A DNA stretch of 64,000 bases from Tubulanus polymorphus (Eukaryota > Animalia > Nemertea): NCBI RefSeq assembly GCF_964204645.1, contig NC_134035.1, forward strand, positions 5,518,001-5,582,000, given 5' to 3'. The notes under the pieces were generated by a model. That model was not told where the DNA came from, ran no database searches, and was given only the letters and a program-made list of their open reading frames with translations. Shown here one piece after another: positions 34,801 through 47,783 of this stretch. The position numbers and the translations under genes were made by a program. Within the stretch, counting starts at the first letter, position 1; each line of letters begins with the position of its first letter.

Positions 34801-36183
34801 GATGGACGAAGATTTGTACGGTCGATAGTAGGACGAACGGGCGAATGGAAAAACTGCACATTTGGTTTATTGCATGCCTGTAATTCTTCTTCGAAATCAA
34901 AACGCTGTTGATCAAGGTGACCTGTAAGTGATGATGTAAGTCCCTACATACGTGAGGAGAAATCCACACGATTTTCAATCTACACGAGGAAAAAATCCCC
35001 CAAAGCCGCCTTTATTGGAGCCGCCTGTTAAAAAGATAGGAGCCGCTTTTAGAATAGAAAAGTCGGCTTTTCACGCGTGTAGATCCACGATCATGAAAAG
35101 GCGGCTCCGTGGAGAGCTCCTTAACAGATATGTTTTTCCTTCAGATGATATGAATTTCAAATCGATCCTCAATATATACACACAATGTTTCTATCCATGA
35201 AATATTATATAAAATATGAAATAGGACCCTAGATACACCTGGCGATGATTTCGAGAGGGAGAGGGTAAGGGTGAGGGAGAGGGAAAGAGAGAAAGAGAGG
35301 GAGGGGAGAGGGGGAGGGAGCGGGATTGCCAGATCTATCTACATCTAAGAAGACTGCGCGGTTGAACGGAGCGTCAAGGTCGACGCGGAGACTCGTTGAC
35401 CGACCTATTATTGAAATCAGGTTTAAGCATACATACACCACGAAACACCCGCAAAGCTGACGATTATTAATAATTCAAAAAACGCGAAAGAAAAACCTGC
35501 GAGAGACGAGAGAGCCGACTGGGTCGGCCTCTTTTAGCCGGTGAGTTCACACGTCTTCGATAATAAATGCATATCACCTTCCATCTGTTTATACCGTGTA
35601 GGTTTAACAGCACGCAGTCAAGAGTCGAGAGTTTGCTGACTGCTGGTGCTGCTGCTGGTTAAACTCGCTCAGTGTTTTCTGATGAATTATTATGATCGTT
35701 AAGACGAGAGAGACTTAAAGTGACCAGACAATCATCATCTCTCCCCCGTCACAACCGGTCAGGAGTGATCGCACAACCATCATCCCTCCTCCGTCATCCC
35801 AGTCAGTCAGTTCGGCTATACGACTAAGTGAATTCAATCTGCAATCACATCGAGTTAATTGCCCTGTAAACGGATTACCGGCTCCACTTTCAAATTTGAT
35901 AATCAGATTTCATGTAACGATGACGTGAAACATGTAGCACCACTATTAACGTACAGGACACTATCGACGTCATAGTCATAGTCGATTACCCGCCACCAGT
36001 GTCTCTACGACGCTGCGAGTTTACTCCTAAATTTTATGTCGTCGAAAAATTCGACCTTTTACCATTTATGAATTGTATTTGTTTGTTTGTTTATGTGGTA
36101 TTACATCTTCCGTTGAATTTCCGTGATCCAGTGATTCAGAGAATGACTACTAATCAACTGATATTGATCTCAGTAAAGAGTTA

Positions 36184-36360
36184 ACAAATAAAAACCCACA
36201 GTAGATATGTAGAAAAGTTTGTTTTCTAACAGTTTCGGAGTTACTTCTAAACCCCATCATCAGAGACTTAAGGGATAGTTTCTCTCGGGTTTAGAAGTAA
36301 CCCCGAACCTGTCAGATAACAAACTTTTCCATATATAGCTACTGGTGGGATTTTATTTGT
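36184..36360. mobile_element. Inverted dyad of Penelope-like termini containing an intact minimal hammerhead (minus strand 36225-36267)
   Basis: ~70-bp inverted arms; minus strand tct-CTGATGA-t-GGGGTT-tagaagt-AACTCC-GAAA-ctg-TT-aga. Confidence 0.75.
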
Positions 36361-36509
36361 TGTCTCTGCAGTGAATTATGCGGGGCCGCTTCATTCTATC
36401 AGGCTAGCGTCAGCGCTAAAATAGCCGGCAATAAAACTGTCCATCATCGAATCAAATTTCGATTGTTAGTTTGATGGGTCGGTTATTTGGATTCGAAAGA
36501 GTTGATCTA

Positions 36510-36695
36510 AATTTTTTTTTGTTTTGCTTTATGTCGTTCAGATCTAGGTCTCCCAAACGAACCCTATTAGAGATCCACGAGCTTTGAGGCGTTGCCCGCA
36601 CACTGACTGTGCATAAGGCCATCAGGACTCGAACCCGTTTACCGCTATCTTAAAGCACCGATAATGAATGCGTCGCCGATCGAATGAGGCCGCTA
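36510..36695 (-). mobile_element. tRNA-derived SINE (family shared with 55400-55712)
   Basis: B box GGTTCGAGTCC, body gtgtgcgggcaacgcc..aatagggtt, tail AGATCTGAACGACATAAAGCAAAACAAAA. Confidence 0.75.
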
Positions 36696-37913
36696 TGTGT
36701 CGCGAAATCGAAAAGAAGAACAAGAATTGATATATAATTCAATAAGCGTCCGTTTGAAATAAATTCGCACCGTCGAGTTCGTACGATTCGTCACAAAGAA
36801 TTCACAATCATGAATTCCAGCCGGGTGCCACGTTCGGAATGACTTTTTTAAATAGGCGCGCCAATCGAGAGAGACTTTCCCCGTCGTGCGTATAGAGAAA
36901 TTTATTTACCTGGAAACCTGAATGACGAAGTGGTTAAATAGAAAGTCGCTTAATTGAAATTGTCGATTGATGCTGGCTCGAACAAACCGTATCGCAGAAA
37001 CAAATTCGCCAACCGCCGAAACAACCCTCATTAACATATTTCGCTTACCGGATATTAACGATACTAGAAGCTGACAGTAGCCGGCGTTAGTTGCGCTTCG
37101 GTTTGATGGAAGATTTTGGTTAATTACGATCTCGATCGCAGTCTACGTCGTGCAAGATAGGAATAACAAATATTCGAAGGCGGCCTTTGAAACTCTTAGT
37201 TTTTCTTTCAAAAAAAGAGATCGTTCTTGATAACAATCAACGCTATTCATTTCTTCGTTGTCGAAAAACGCGTCCGAAAATCGGGCCCGCTTTTTAGTCA
37301 GTGACCTTGGAGTTATCATTTGACAAATGATTATACGTGCGTGTTACACACTCAGCGAGTGTTAGCTACTTACTTTCTTCCCTATTGATAGAATGTGATA
37401 AACGCATTTATTTCTAGTATACAGAACTGATTATTTCCTTAAAGCTTAAAGGAAATCCCGAGCCAATTAGCCAGCTTGAAAACCGAAAATATATATACGC
37501 GGAGTTTTTAGAAAATAATCTGACGTTTCAAATCGTAATTTTTTTCTATCGCGGTTCTGACGTTCTTGACTTTCAACCTTTTCAAGACAACCGCCATCAG
37601 CCAATTAAATATACCCCGATTCGTCGATCATGGTTCCCGCAGTTACACGAATCAAAAATTCCCAGTTTTTACCAAGTTTTCACGGGTGAGTTTCAGTTTT
37701 TCCAAACGGAAATGAAACAGATACCATCGCGCTATACAGTCAACATACTAGCGGAGACTGGTTGATAAAGGTGGCTCCCAAAGAAAATCGCCGAAGAAAG
37801 TTGTCCTCGGCAAATGCGCAATACGTGAAACGTAAATGAATTTCGCAAATATTTCCCTGATTTGAGAAAATTTTCCAAATTCCCAAATATTTCCAAACTG
37901 GGAATCATCATCT

Positions 37914-40116
37914 CACAATAAGCCTTTTTACAGTTTCCAGGCGCCATTTTTTTGGGTACCCGCCGGGTCCGCAGTGTTGGATTTTTTGTCCCTATTTTTC
38001 TCCGGTTTAATTTTTTTATTTCGTTCATATCTCTGGATTTGATTAAGATGGAAACAAAGTAGAAATATCGATGAACTCGGCTGATAATAAACTTTTTTAT
38101 GATATCACTCATTTATAAAGTTAATGCAACAATGTGCGCTGGTGAAGTTATAAACATTGATATCGTCTTCCCGATAATTCAACTTGAATTATTGCTCATC
38201 TCATTCAAAAGTTCGTAATTCTTACAAATATTAATCTACATTTTTGAAATTTTCAGGATCAATAGCCATCTATATGTGGTCTTATATACCTTTTACCGTT
38301 TTCAATTATCTTTATTAGTTTTTAAGTAATTACGAGTCAAACTTCCAAAACACGTTTTCCCGGGTCCCCTGGGTGCATCTTTATATCAGGAAATTTCACA
38401 ATTTCACCGGTCCCTACTTTGTTGAAAATCAATTTATTAAGTAACCATGGAAATAAGGGCACCTAGGTTTTTGAAAAATGGTTATTAAAGATATATATTC
38501 TCTAGGATTTGTCAAAATAAACAAAATAACCCAGGTGTTGCTTTAACCAGCTACCTAGGTTCACAACAGATCATTTTGTCCAACGCGTTTCATTCGATTC
38601 CAAAACTGCACGTACGGGTATACGATTGCAAATGTGAAAGTCAGACATTATGTGGCACATGTATGAGGACCACAGTCTCAATGCTGCGTCGCATTGCCGT
38701 CGCAAATTTGCATGGCTACTTACGTGAAGTGGGCTAATACAGACCTTGTGTGATCAAAACTGACTTGGAATTCGTGCCAAATCTCAAAACAACTATCAAA
38801 CACACGAGATCAATTTTGACAGAAAGTAAACGAAAGTTATGTTCCTTACTAATATATTCCAAAGTTCCAATCTTTCCAACACAATCGACTAAGCCAAATA
38901 TATTCAAATTCAATTTGAAACACCTTCCAGCTCTTGTCACGATCAGTAATAAAGATCGAACATCGAACATTCTCAAAAAAGCAAAGCCGATCCAACGGTT
39001 TGCAAGCGTCAAGTTTGACACGGCCGTGGCTGCCTCCATTTGTGTGGAGCTGCTGCTGAAAATTCAAAAATGTAAATCGGGTACCGGTATTTAACTGAAG
39101 ACCGAGTGCTCGCCATTACACCATGGTATTTCTGATGGTTAACTTTTGAGCAACTGGCTCCAGAATCACCTGCCAACGGCCATATTTCATTGATGCAATA
39201 TACTGTGAAACGATATAATATAGACGGGAGATCAATGAAACTGATATGCCTGACACTAAGACTTATTTCGACTTTTTTGACTATCTTAGATGATTGGGAG
39301 AGGGGTCCAAAAATAAGGACATTTTCCGTGGTTTAAGGCTGTGAGTAGGGTGCCCCTCGGTGTTGAAACAAATACATCCAAAACAATTTAATTTGCAAGA
39401 GGATGAGTGTTAGATTTGTAAGTTTTATGCGATCACTGTCTTGACAAAGATGGTAATCTTAATGGGAAGGAGCAGGGGTCCGGACTACCAACCCTCCGAA
39501 CCCGTAGTCTGTCCCTGTGTTACTAGAAATATATCTCTATTTACCATTTTTTTCAAATAACTAGGTGCCCTTGTTTCCATAGTTACTGAAAATTTTGATT
39601 TTAACAATGTAGGACCGGTTAAATTGGCAAATTTCTTGATATAAATATGCACACATGATACTCTAGAAAACGTGTTTTGGAAGTTTGACTTGCAATTACT
39701 TAAAAACTAATAAAGATAATTGAAAACGGTAAAAGGTATATAAGACCACATATAGATGGCTATTGATCCTGAAAATTTCAAAAATGTAGATTAATATTTG
39801 TAAGAATTACGAACTTTTGAATGAGATGAGCAATAATTCAAGTTGAATTATCGGGAAGACGATATCAATGTTTATAACTTCACCAGCGCACATTGTTGCA
39901 TTAACTTTATAAATGAGTGATATCATAAAAAAGTTTATTATCAGCCGAGTTCATCGATATTTTTACTTTGTTTCTATCTTAATCAAATCCAGAGATATGA
40001 ACGAAATAAAAAAATTAAACCGGAGAAAAATAGGGACAAAAAATTCAACAATGCGGACCCGGCGGGTACCCAAAAAAATGGCGCCTGGAAACTGTAAAAA
40101 GGCTTATTCCCAAGTG
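37914..40116. mobile_element. Non-autonomous long-TIR DNA transposon (~2.2 kb)
   Basis: Near-identical inverted arms 37917-38359 / 39666-40108 and more diverged inner arms to ~38505 / ~39522; mirrored ORFs 37732-38112(-) and 39913-40119(+); no TSD found; related fragment at 50160-50220. Confidence 0.9.
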
Positions 40117-40706
40117 TAATTTCTCTGTTCTGTCGGAGCCATGATCGATATAAAGAACTCACGTATACTGTATATTTTTAATCTTTCGAGTTCTATCTTC
40201 CTCATTCTCGTGGCGCTTTTACAAAATACATTTAGAAGCATTTATACGAACGCGGTTAACTGGTATTAGCTCGTCGTTGTCGTCAGCGACGCAAATGGAC
40301 GTCGGAGAAAGACGTCACGGCTCAGCTAGAAAGCGAAAACTAGGAGGAAATTGATCTAAGAAAAGAATTGACGGGAGGTTAAAAATACAGAGGCCTCGGT
40401 ATATCTAACTTCAACTTCGAGTCGATAAAACGCAGGCCCCGTTTAATGATTATTCGATAGTTCCCTTGTTTTCGACCGGCATTTTTACCGATTGAATCGC
40501 GACCGCCGAAATAAAACGTGATTTTTCCGATGTTTTTATGATCGGATCGAAAAATCTCGAACGAGAACCGAGCCGTCAGCCCACGTGCCACGTGCGCTGT
40601 ATACACGTCGCGCGTATGGTGAAACTTGGCAGGAAATGGCGGTTATAAAGACGCGCGGAATGGAGCGGAGACTGATGACGCGTGGTGATTTGTCAACGCG
40701 TATTCC

Positions 40707-41051
40707 TATATAAGTCTAAGTAGTACTGCGAAGACATCACACAGTAACAGTCAAATTCAGCGCCTACACGCAAGCCAATAACAACTGCCGAGTAACTCGC
40801 ACATAAACGCACGCACACATAGACAGACACGCGCGCGCGTCTCCACGAACGAATGCGGATTAAAATCGCGATAAGTCGTAACCGCTGAGACGAACAGACG
40901 ATCTAAACGGCGACGGCCCGTGGCGGAATAGAAAAAACAAACAAACAAACAAACAAAACAGAAACGAACGCGACTGAATTCACATTTCGAAGCCGTCGAT
41001 AAGAAAAACGGGAACTCGTCAGACAAGATTCATCTGAACAGATTTTTGGAG
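40707..41051 (+). promoter_or_regulatory. Candidate TATA promoter and non-coding first exon
   Basis: TATATAAG at 40707, Inr-like TCACACAGT ~30 nt downstream, CpG-rich leader with (AAAC)n, donor GAG|GTAGGA at 41052. Confidence 0.35.
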
Positions 41052-41543
41052 GTAGGATTTTTGTTAGCTTTTTTTCGTCACTTTTACAGACAGTGTTTTC
41101 TGACGTTACATTTTCATTTGGAGAATGACGTATCGTAGAAACTACGGTAAAGCTGTTGTTGGCGACTTCGGCTTGAAATCTAGATCGCGTACAAAAATGA
41201 TCGTTGATAATAATAATGATGTTGATAATAAAACATGCTTTTATCTAGCGCTATTTTCTAAAAAGACCGATCATTACGAGATCTGGTTTATAGAATCGCG
41301 CATTTTTAACAATACCTTTTAAATGAAATTCTGAAGTATTCCGATGGTAACGATAACGATATACTGCTTAAAAGCGCCGTACAAATATAAATTTCAAAGA
41401 TCTTGACTAAAATTCTAAGAAGTTACTTATCGATCGATAAAAATCTTCTCCCCATGAAAATATTTCAACTGCCGTCGGTTCAAAGAATGAACGGGGTTCA
41501 TTTGGAAGACTTTTCTCCTCCAGAGGCGAGGTATCGAGGAAGA

Positions 41544-41678
41544 CCAGTTCCTCAGTTGAGACTTAAGTCCAAAAATGGTCTTAAATTTTAAGACTGGTCT
41601 TAAGTTGTTAGATTGGTTATAGAACTAAAACAGTCTTAAATTGGTCTTAAGCCTAAGCCATGACTATGGAACTGGGCC
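41544..41678. mobile_element. Short MITE (Harbinger-like ends)
   Basis: CCAGTTCC / GGAACTGG termini; internal GTCTTAA/TTAAGAC repeats. Confidence 0.6.
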
Positions 41679-43913
41679 AGATAGATATTTCGAAAAATTA
41701 GAAATATCATAATAACATGAAAATCAACTAAAACATACGGATAGAAAGTTTAAAAATCGTGAATTCATTCAATCGTAAATGTATGAGGCACGCCGTTCCG
41801 AACTCTCACTAGCTAGAGATCATCGTCATGTGTGAGATCGAAACTTCGTGTCATTTTTGAAATTTTTGATCGAATTAATTCTCGATTTTTAAACTTCTAA
41901 TCTGTATATAGTGGGTTTCTATCTTATTATCAATGTGTTCTCCTCGTTTGAGTGTGGTTATCCTTTTGACGGTAAAACATAGTTATTCAAATTGCGACAG
42001 ATAAGTAAAATTTCGAAAATGTATGAACTCTGTTTAAACCGAGTCAACAGAACATTGGCTCTCTCTCTCGCTCCTTATCTCTCTCAGCGAGTCGATTTCA
42101 ACAGGTCATATTCATATTATTCACCTTCGGGGCTGGGTGTTATTTGAACGCGATGCGTCTCTCTTTTTCTAGAGTTCTACGCTCAGATCGACGGTTATAA
42201 AAATGAGCTCGACGCAGATTATCAATTCGAGTGCTTGTTCAAATTAGACATTTGTCGCAAGTTCTTTAATGAACAGCACACATTACTTATAGACGAAAAT
42301 ATAGCACGAATTAGCAAATTAACAAATGAAAGAAAAATAGCGAGATAATGGGACTGTAGTTTTAACCATATTCATAAGAATTGGTAAAAAGCGGAATAAG
42401 ATCATCGAAGTATGACCTAAGCGCACCCGCTCATGTACTTTAAATAAACCTCGGCTGGAAATTGAAATTTAACTTCATTGAAATGTTACATTATTGAACG
42501 ATATAAGAAATATGAGTTAAGGAAGAAAAATGTAACACCAGGATAATAGGGCTATAACGGAGAGACCGAAACAGTCTATCAAGGCCGTATAACCCGAAAT
42601 CGTTTATCTGTAACGTCTTTAGTAGTTGTTTACAACTATACTTAAATTAAAAAAGGTGATACGGAATGAACGGTCGAAATAGCACCGAAATGCGGAACTG
42701 TTAGAAAAAATTGATTTTAAAAATGAGATTTGAAAAAATATCGATGTTATTAGATCCGATTTCACGATGGTTTGTTCTCAAGTTGACTCGAGAACTGCTA
42801 TTTTTTTCAATGGTAGACGATGTTTCATTTTTGCATAAACATCTTTACGGAGCAGTTTGCCTATGCTTTCATCGTTAGAAACTACAATGATGCTGAAACG
42901 TTTAGAAAATTACAAATATCTTTCTAAAGAGAATTTCTGCTGATATTTCATTTGTTCAATTATCACGTCACATGATACGATATTGGAATAAGCAAACCGC
43001 TCCGAAACGCAGTAGAATGCGGTTGGGAAAATTGAGTTATGATAATTATCATTACTTGATCGTTGATTCGGGCTAAACGCTTTAGGGGCGTGGACAAGTT
43101 CCGAGGGTACTACCGTCGAAATGGGGACAAAAATGATTAGTAAACCGAGTCAACGGTATCAAACTGAAAAAACTGAATAATCCTTTCGAAATTCAAAATA
43201 ACGGTCGCGTCGAACCACACGCCTTATGAATCGATCATCAGAATGCTGAGGTCCATTTGCAAATATTAAATGACACCATTTACGTTTGTTAATTATGACC
43301 AGGTGCGAAAGGCGAGTTTCAATGCCGGGTGCGACGTAATTAACAAGTTCGATGATAACATTTCCTTGTGAGTTCGATGATAACATTTCCTTGAACATCA
43401 CGCCTACTAGATATTCGCACCTCCCAAATTTACCTTTCACACTTCATACCCGATATCTTCGTTATGATACCATGGACTTATCCTATAATTTATACATCCG
43501 TACTTAACCGCGAGCTTACTGCTGCTGCTGCTGCGACTGCAGAACAACGAACCGATAGAACATATTAAAATCAACCGTCAAAAATCATTTTCAATATAAC
43601 AAGCAACGATCATTCAACCCGATTTTTCGAGTACGTTCAAAATTATCCGTTGAAAAAGAAATGAAAAATTAGTATTCATGACATTTTCGAACTGGCGCGT
43701 ATTTCAGAAATGATAGTCGTCAGACGATTTGATTTGATAATTCCAGTTCAAAATTCTATTTTTGACATATTGTGAACCAGTTCCACTCAAAGTGGTGAGT
43801 TTAGATTAGGTCATTTTCAACGAGTTTACTCGCGACTCAGTCGAACGTTAGGTAGGAATCTGAGATTCAATGATAGAAAATTCATTATAAGTTTCTTCTT
43901 CTAAATACAACAG

Positions 43914-44137
43914 GGGCCAGTTTTATAGACTGGTATTAGCTTTAACCCGGGGGTTAACTCGACTGAAAACGAATTGAGTGAATACCACCGGGTTAAAGTT
44001 AATACCACAGTCTATAAAATCAGCCCCAGGGGCCCAGTTTCACAAAAAGAATTAACTCTAAATCGATTTGATTTCTTCGTTAATTCAGTTCATCTAAAAT
44101 CGATTTAGGCTTTAATCCTTTTTGTGAAACTGGGTTT
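43914..44137. mobile_element. Two abutting short MITEs (Harbinger-like)
   Basis: Element 1 GGGCCAGTTTTATAGACTG...CAGTCTATAAAATCAGCCC flanked by CAG; element 2 CCCAGTTTCACAAAAAG...CTTTTTGTGAAACTGGG directly after. Confidence 0.75.
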
Positions 44138-45608
44138 CAACACCAGTTCATCTCATTGTGGCCGATCTACGATCCAAAAATAAGAATAAACACACGTATA
44201 TTTACCCAATAGAAAATATTGCGAAAATCACCATATTTACTGAATATTCGAAATACCACCTAAAATTCAACACGAATTTCAAATATCAAAAGATTACGGA
44301 ATCCGGCTGCGACGGTTAATGATATCGGGTTGAGCAGCTTGTTCTGGGCTTATCCCGTCATCTTCAATCGGTTCCGCTTGACGGAACACAATTTTTCCCG
44401 GCGCAGCGAAATTCAATTATTCTCCGCCGAAATCCAATTTCAACGTAGAAAAACTTCCGACGACGATTAAAACGACGATTTTTGTCGGCATAAAGTTATC
44501 CCCGGTCCAATCGCGTTTTCGCGATGGTATAGTGAATATTCCGATCGAAATCATGCTTCCTCCGACATTATTATCATAACGCATAACAAGACGCGAAATG
44601 ATTCGGTGCATTGTCAAACTGGATCCAGTTCCACAGTTGTGGATTAAAATTAACTCGGAGTTAGCTTTTGCCCCTAGGGGCCAGCGTATTATCACCAGGT
44701 GTCGCCGGAACAAGAATTTAGATTAATGCAAATTGGGATGATAGTAACCTAAAAGCGAGTACAGTTAACTTCGCTAAACTCGCAGTAACTGCGGGGACTA
44801 ACGGTAGTCCGATGATCGGGAAAAAAGAACCTATAGGAAATAATTTCGTTTATTTCAGACTCAAGTCAAAAAGGTCGCGTTGGGTTGCTCTATATTATAT
44901 ATACATAAAATAAACCGCACTCAAGAGACGACGGATCTGAATGACATTTGAATAAACTCGATTTTGATATTTTCCGTCGTCTCTCGTTTCAATTGACACC
45001 GAAGCCGTATATAGGCGGGGAAAGTTGTTTCAGATTTAATCTCGCGATGTATATGAAAATAATACGCGCCGAACGTCGACGAATATACGTATCTATATAG
45101 TCGCTATGACCATGTACGACTTCGCGAACTCGGGAAAAAAAACGCTTACAGAAATATCGCTCTCGCGACTCGGACGTAAAACAGAGAAACGAATATTGCC
45201 TTCGTCACGTCTCTGGAGGTTCGATTGTGTCGTATAATGATCGGGGAATATATAGGGAAAAATTTCGGAACCACGATTTGTCTCTTCGTCGGCGATCAGC
45301 TTCATTTCCTAACGACGATATTTCATTAATCACTCGGCTTTACTGTCTTTTCGTTCTACGACCCTAATCATACGTTTACACGCGGGAACATGATACACCA
45401 TTAAAGAGGCATTCGGAGTTTTTGGAGTTAGAGCATTTACGGCCAATTTTCATTGATATATATGTATACATGCACGACGCTAGTTTTTGTTTCAACTATT
45501 TATAAAGCGCAGGCCCGTAGGCGGCCACGTCTTCGATTTTCATGTAAGTGGAACTTTTTGCATCCCGCACAAAATGTCGGTTGCTGGGAATTATACTCGC
45601 GCAGAAAA

Positions 45609-45940
45609 TTTTTTGAAAGTGAGACACAAAGAGAAACAATTTCACAACTACATGTACTAGCACATTTGAGAGGGAAAAGTTTGCCTCTTTTGCCTACAAT
45701 TTTGCCTCAAATCAACTAATTTTGGAAGCATGTCATATTGCGAATGAAAAAGTGTTACTAATGAGTGAACGTTTTTGAAAATTGGGACGCAAACAGAAGC
45801 AATTTCACAACTTCTAGCATATTTGGGAGGGAGAATTTTGCTTCTTTTGCCCACAATTTTGCCTCAAAGCAACTAAGTTTAGAAGCATGTGCAGATTATT
45901 GCGAATAAAAAAGCGTTACTAATGAGTGAATGTTTTGAAA
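45609..45940. repeat. Two-copy ~163-bp tandem repeat
   Basis: caatttcacaact..acaattttgcctcaaa..gaagcatgt..gttactaatgagtgaa present twice. Confidence 0.85.
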
Positions 45941-46739
45941 TCGATGCTCAAATTTTCTAAAGCCCGGCGTCTGAGCGGAACTTCGACAATGAGCAGGGAG
46001 GGGGATTCGTTCGATCCTCGTTCACGCCTGAAGCGATGAACCGAATAAAACATTCTCGCAAGAAATGCGACCGTGGAAATAGTTCATTTTCATCATCCGT
46101 CGCGACTCTTATCATACAGTCATTATCGCGCGCAGGTCCGGTCGTTTTTACAGCGCTATACTTTTTATGCACGTCTCTTCGACGTCCGGCGAAAACAAAA
46201 ACATAAAACGCGCTGCTCTGATATATATTCATCGTTTTTATGCCCTATTCAAACTTGAATGCGTCGTTTTGCGAGGAGGTGGAGCGCGATAAAAACGCAT
46301 TTCTTACAAGTCTTATCGTTTTTGATATCGATTCACATCAGCTGGTTTATACACAGGCGCAGATTTCCTTTCTGGCCGCGCACATTTTTCAAATAACAAA
46401 TATTTGAACCGGCAAAAAGAAATCGAGCTGTTTTATTAATTCGCGCGTGTCATTTTACATTCTACAACAGACCGCAGTCTCTGACAGTTACCAGTAGAAA
46501 TTTGTTGAATCTAAGGCAGAATATTTGCAGAAATGCAGTAATTTCATCTCTTAGAATAAAACATGTCACAGGTCTTGTGTTCTAAATTCAGATGCCATGA
46601 AATTGCACCTATACTGGCTCCCCCGTGTGAATAATTCCTGGATCTTAATATTTTGATTAATTCAAAAACACTTCCAGTAACATTTCAGAATATTTTTGAA
46701 ACGGCACGACGTGGCTGTCTGATCAATACATCGAAAATC

Positions 46740-46940
46740 CCAAAATTTATGAAAACCTCAAAAGTTTATAAAAAAATATGAGAAATATTTCTGGTGGTTC
46801 CTACCTCCTTGCTTCAGTCTAGAATTACCTTTCTTCTTCATTTTAGACTGAAGAAGGGTGGTAGGAGCCACCCGATATATTTCTAATGTTTTTCATGAAC
46901 AATATAGATTTTCACCAATATTGTGGTGGGGTTTTACATG
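46740..46940. mobile_element. Inverted dyad of Penelope-like termini with decayed hammerheads
   Basis: Plus strand taga-CTGAAGA-a-GGGTGG-taggag-CCACCC-GATA-ta-TT-tcta; inverted partner at 46781-46822. Confidence 0.7.
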
Positions 46941-47682
46941 CATTGCTCCATCGCGGATATTGTGATCTTACCGTGATCGTAGGTGGCCAGTGTTTGTAGT
47001 CTGAAGGCAATACGGATTCCGTTTTTAAACCCTATGATTAAGACAATGAAAGGCTACGTTGCTCATTCCAAATGGACATTACGGGCTATCCTTTATTTTA
47101 CCAAGCCTGCAATTGACGATTGACCGATTGCAATGATCGCCTAGTAACACAATGCCCACTAGCGAATTACATACTCTCCGAACTGATAGTTTCGTGCGGA
47201 CTATTTATGGTGTGCTCCAGCATCGGTGACACCTCTCAGTAACTGATATTATTACTACCATCGCTAGCACCGGAAGCCTTTATAGTGTGCACGACAGATG
47301 ATAATTCCAGCCCGTTTGTGACGTGGAAGTACGTTAAGTGACCCGCGCAAACCTTTGATAGTCGGATCTTGGAGCAATCATTCGTCAAATGATTACTCCA
47401 AGGATATAGTGTTTCTTATTAATCAGACGCGACATATACAGAATATTCAACGTTTGTAAAGTATCTTACAATCAATATCACACGTGGCAAATAATTTCAC
47501 CTTTTTCCAATTAGATAACTAGATGAAACCGGTATAGATGCGAAAACAAGCCGATGAACGAAACTGTTTGTAACAAATGTAATCCGAGTTTCATTTCATC
47601 TAGATAAAAGTTTTCTTAATAGTTGAGATCATTTCCAGTCTTGAGTATAATTACGTGAACACCAACAATGCAGATGCAAGAT

Positions 47683-47783
47683 ACAATAGCTATTGTTTGA
47701 TTCTGACGTTTCTAATGTCACGAAATCTCTGAAAGATGGGTGGAAGTACTCGAAAGGTCAGAATAAAACAATTAACTATTGTT
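47683..47783 (+). mobile_element. Penelope-like terminus with hammerhead-like motif and inverted partner
   Basis: tct-CTGAAAGA-t-GGGT-ggaagt-ACTC-GAAA-gg-TC-aga; upstream ttctgacgtttc is an inverted copy of the 3' half. Confidence 0.6.

Noticed and set aside
37732-38112. Duplicated MSDIIKKF ORFs (also 39913-40119)
   Set aside because: They lie in the two TIR arms and run out into unrelated flanks.
47624-47645. bantam-like TGAGATCATT
   Set aside because: Seed-only match, no precursor hairpin seen.
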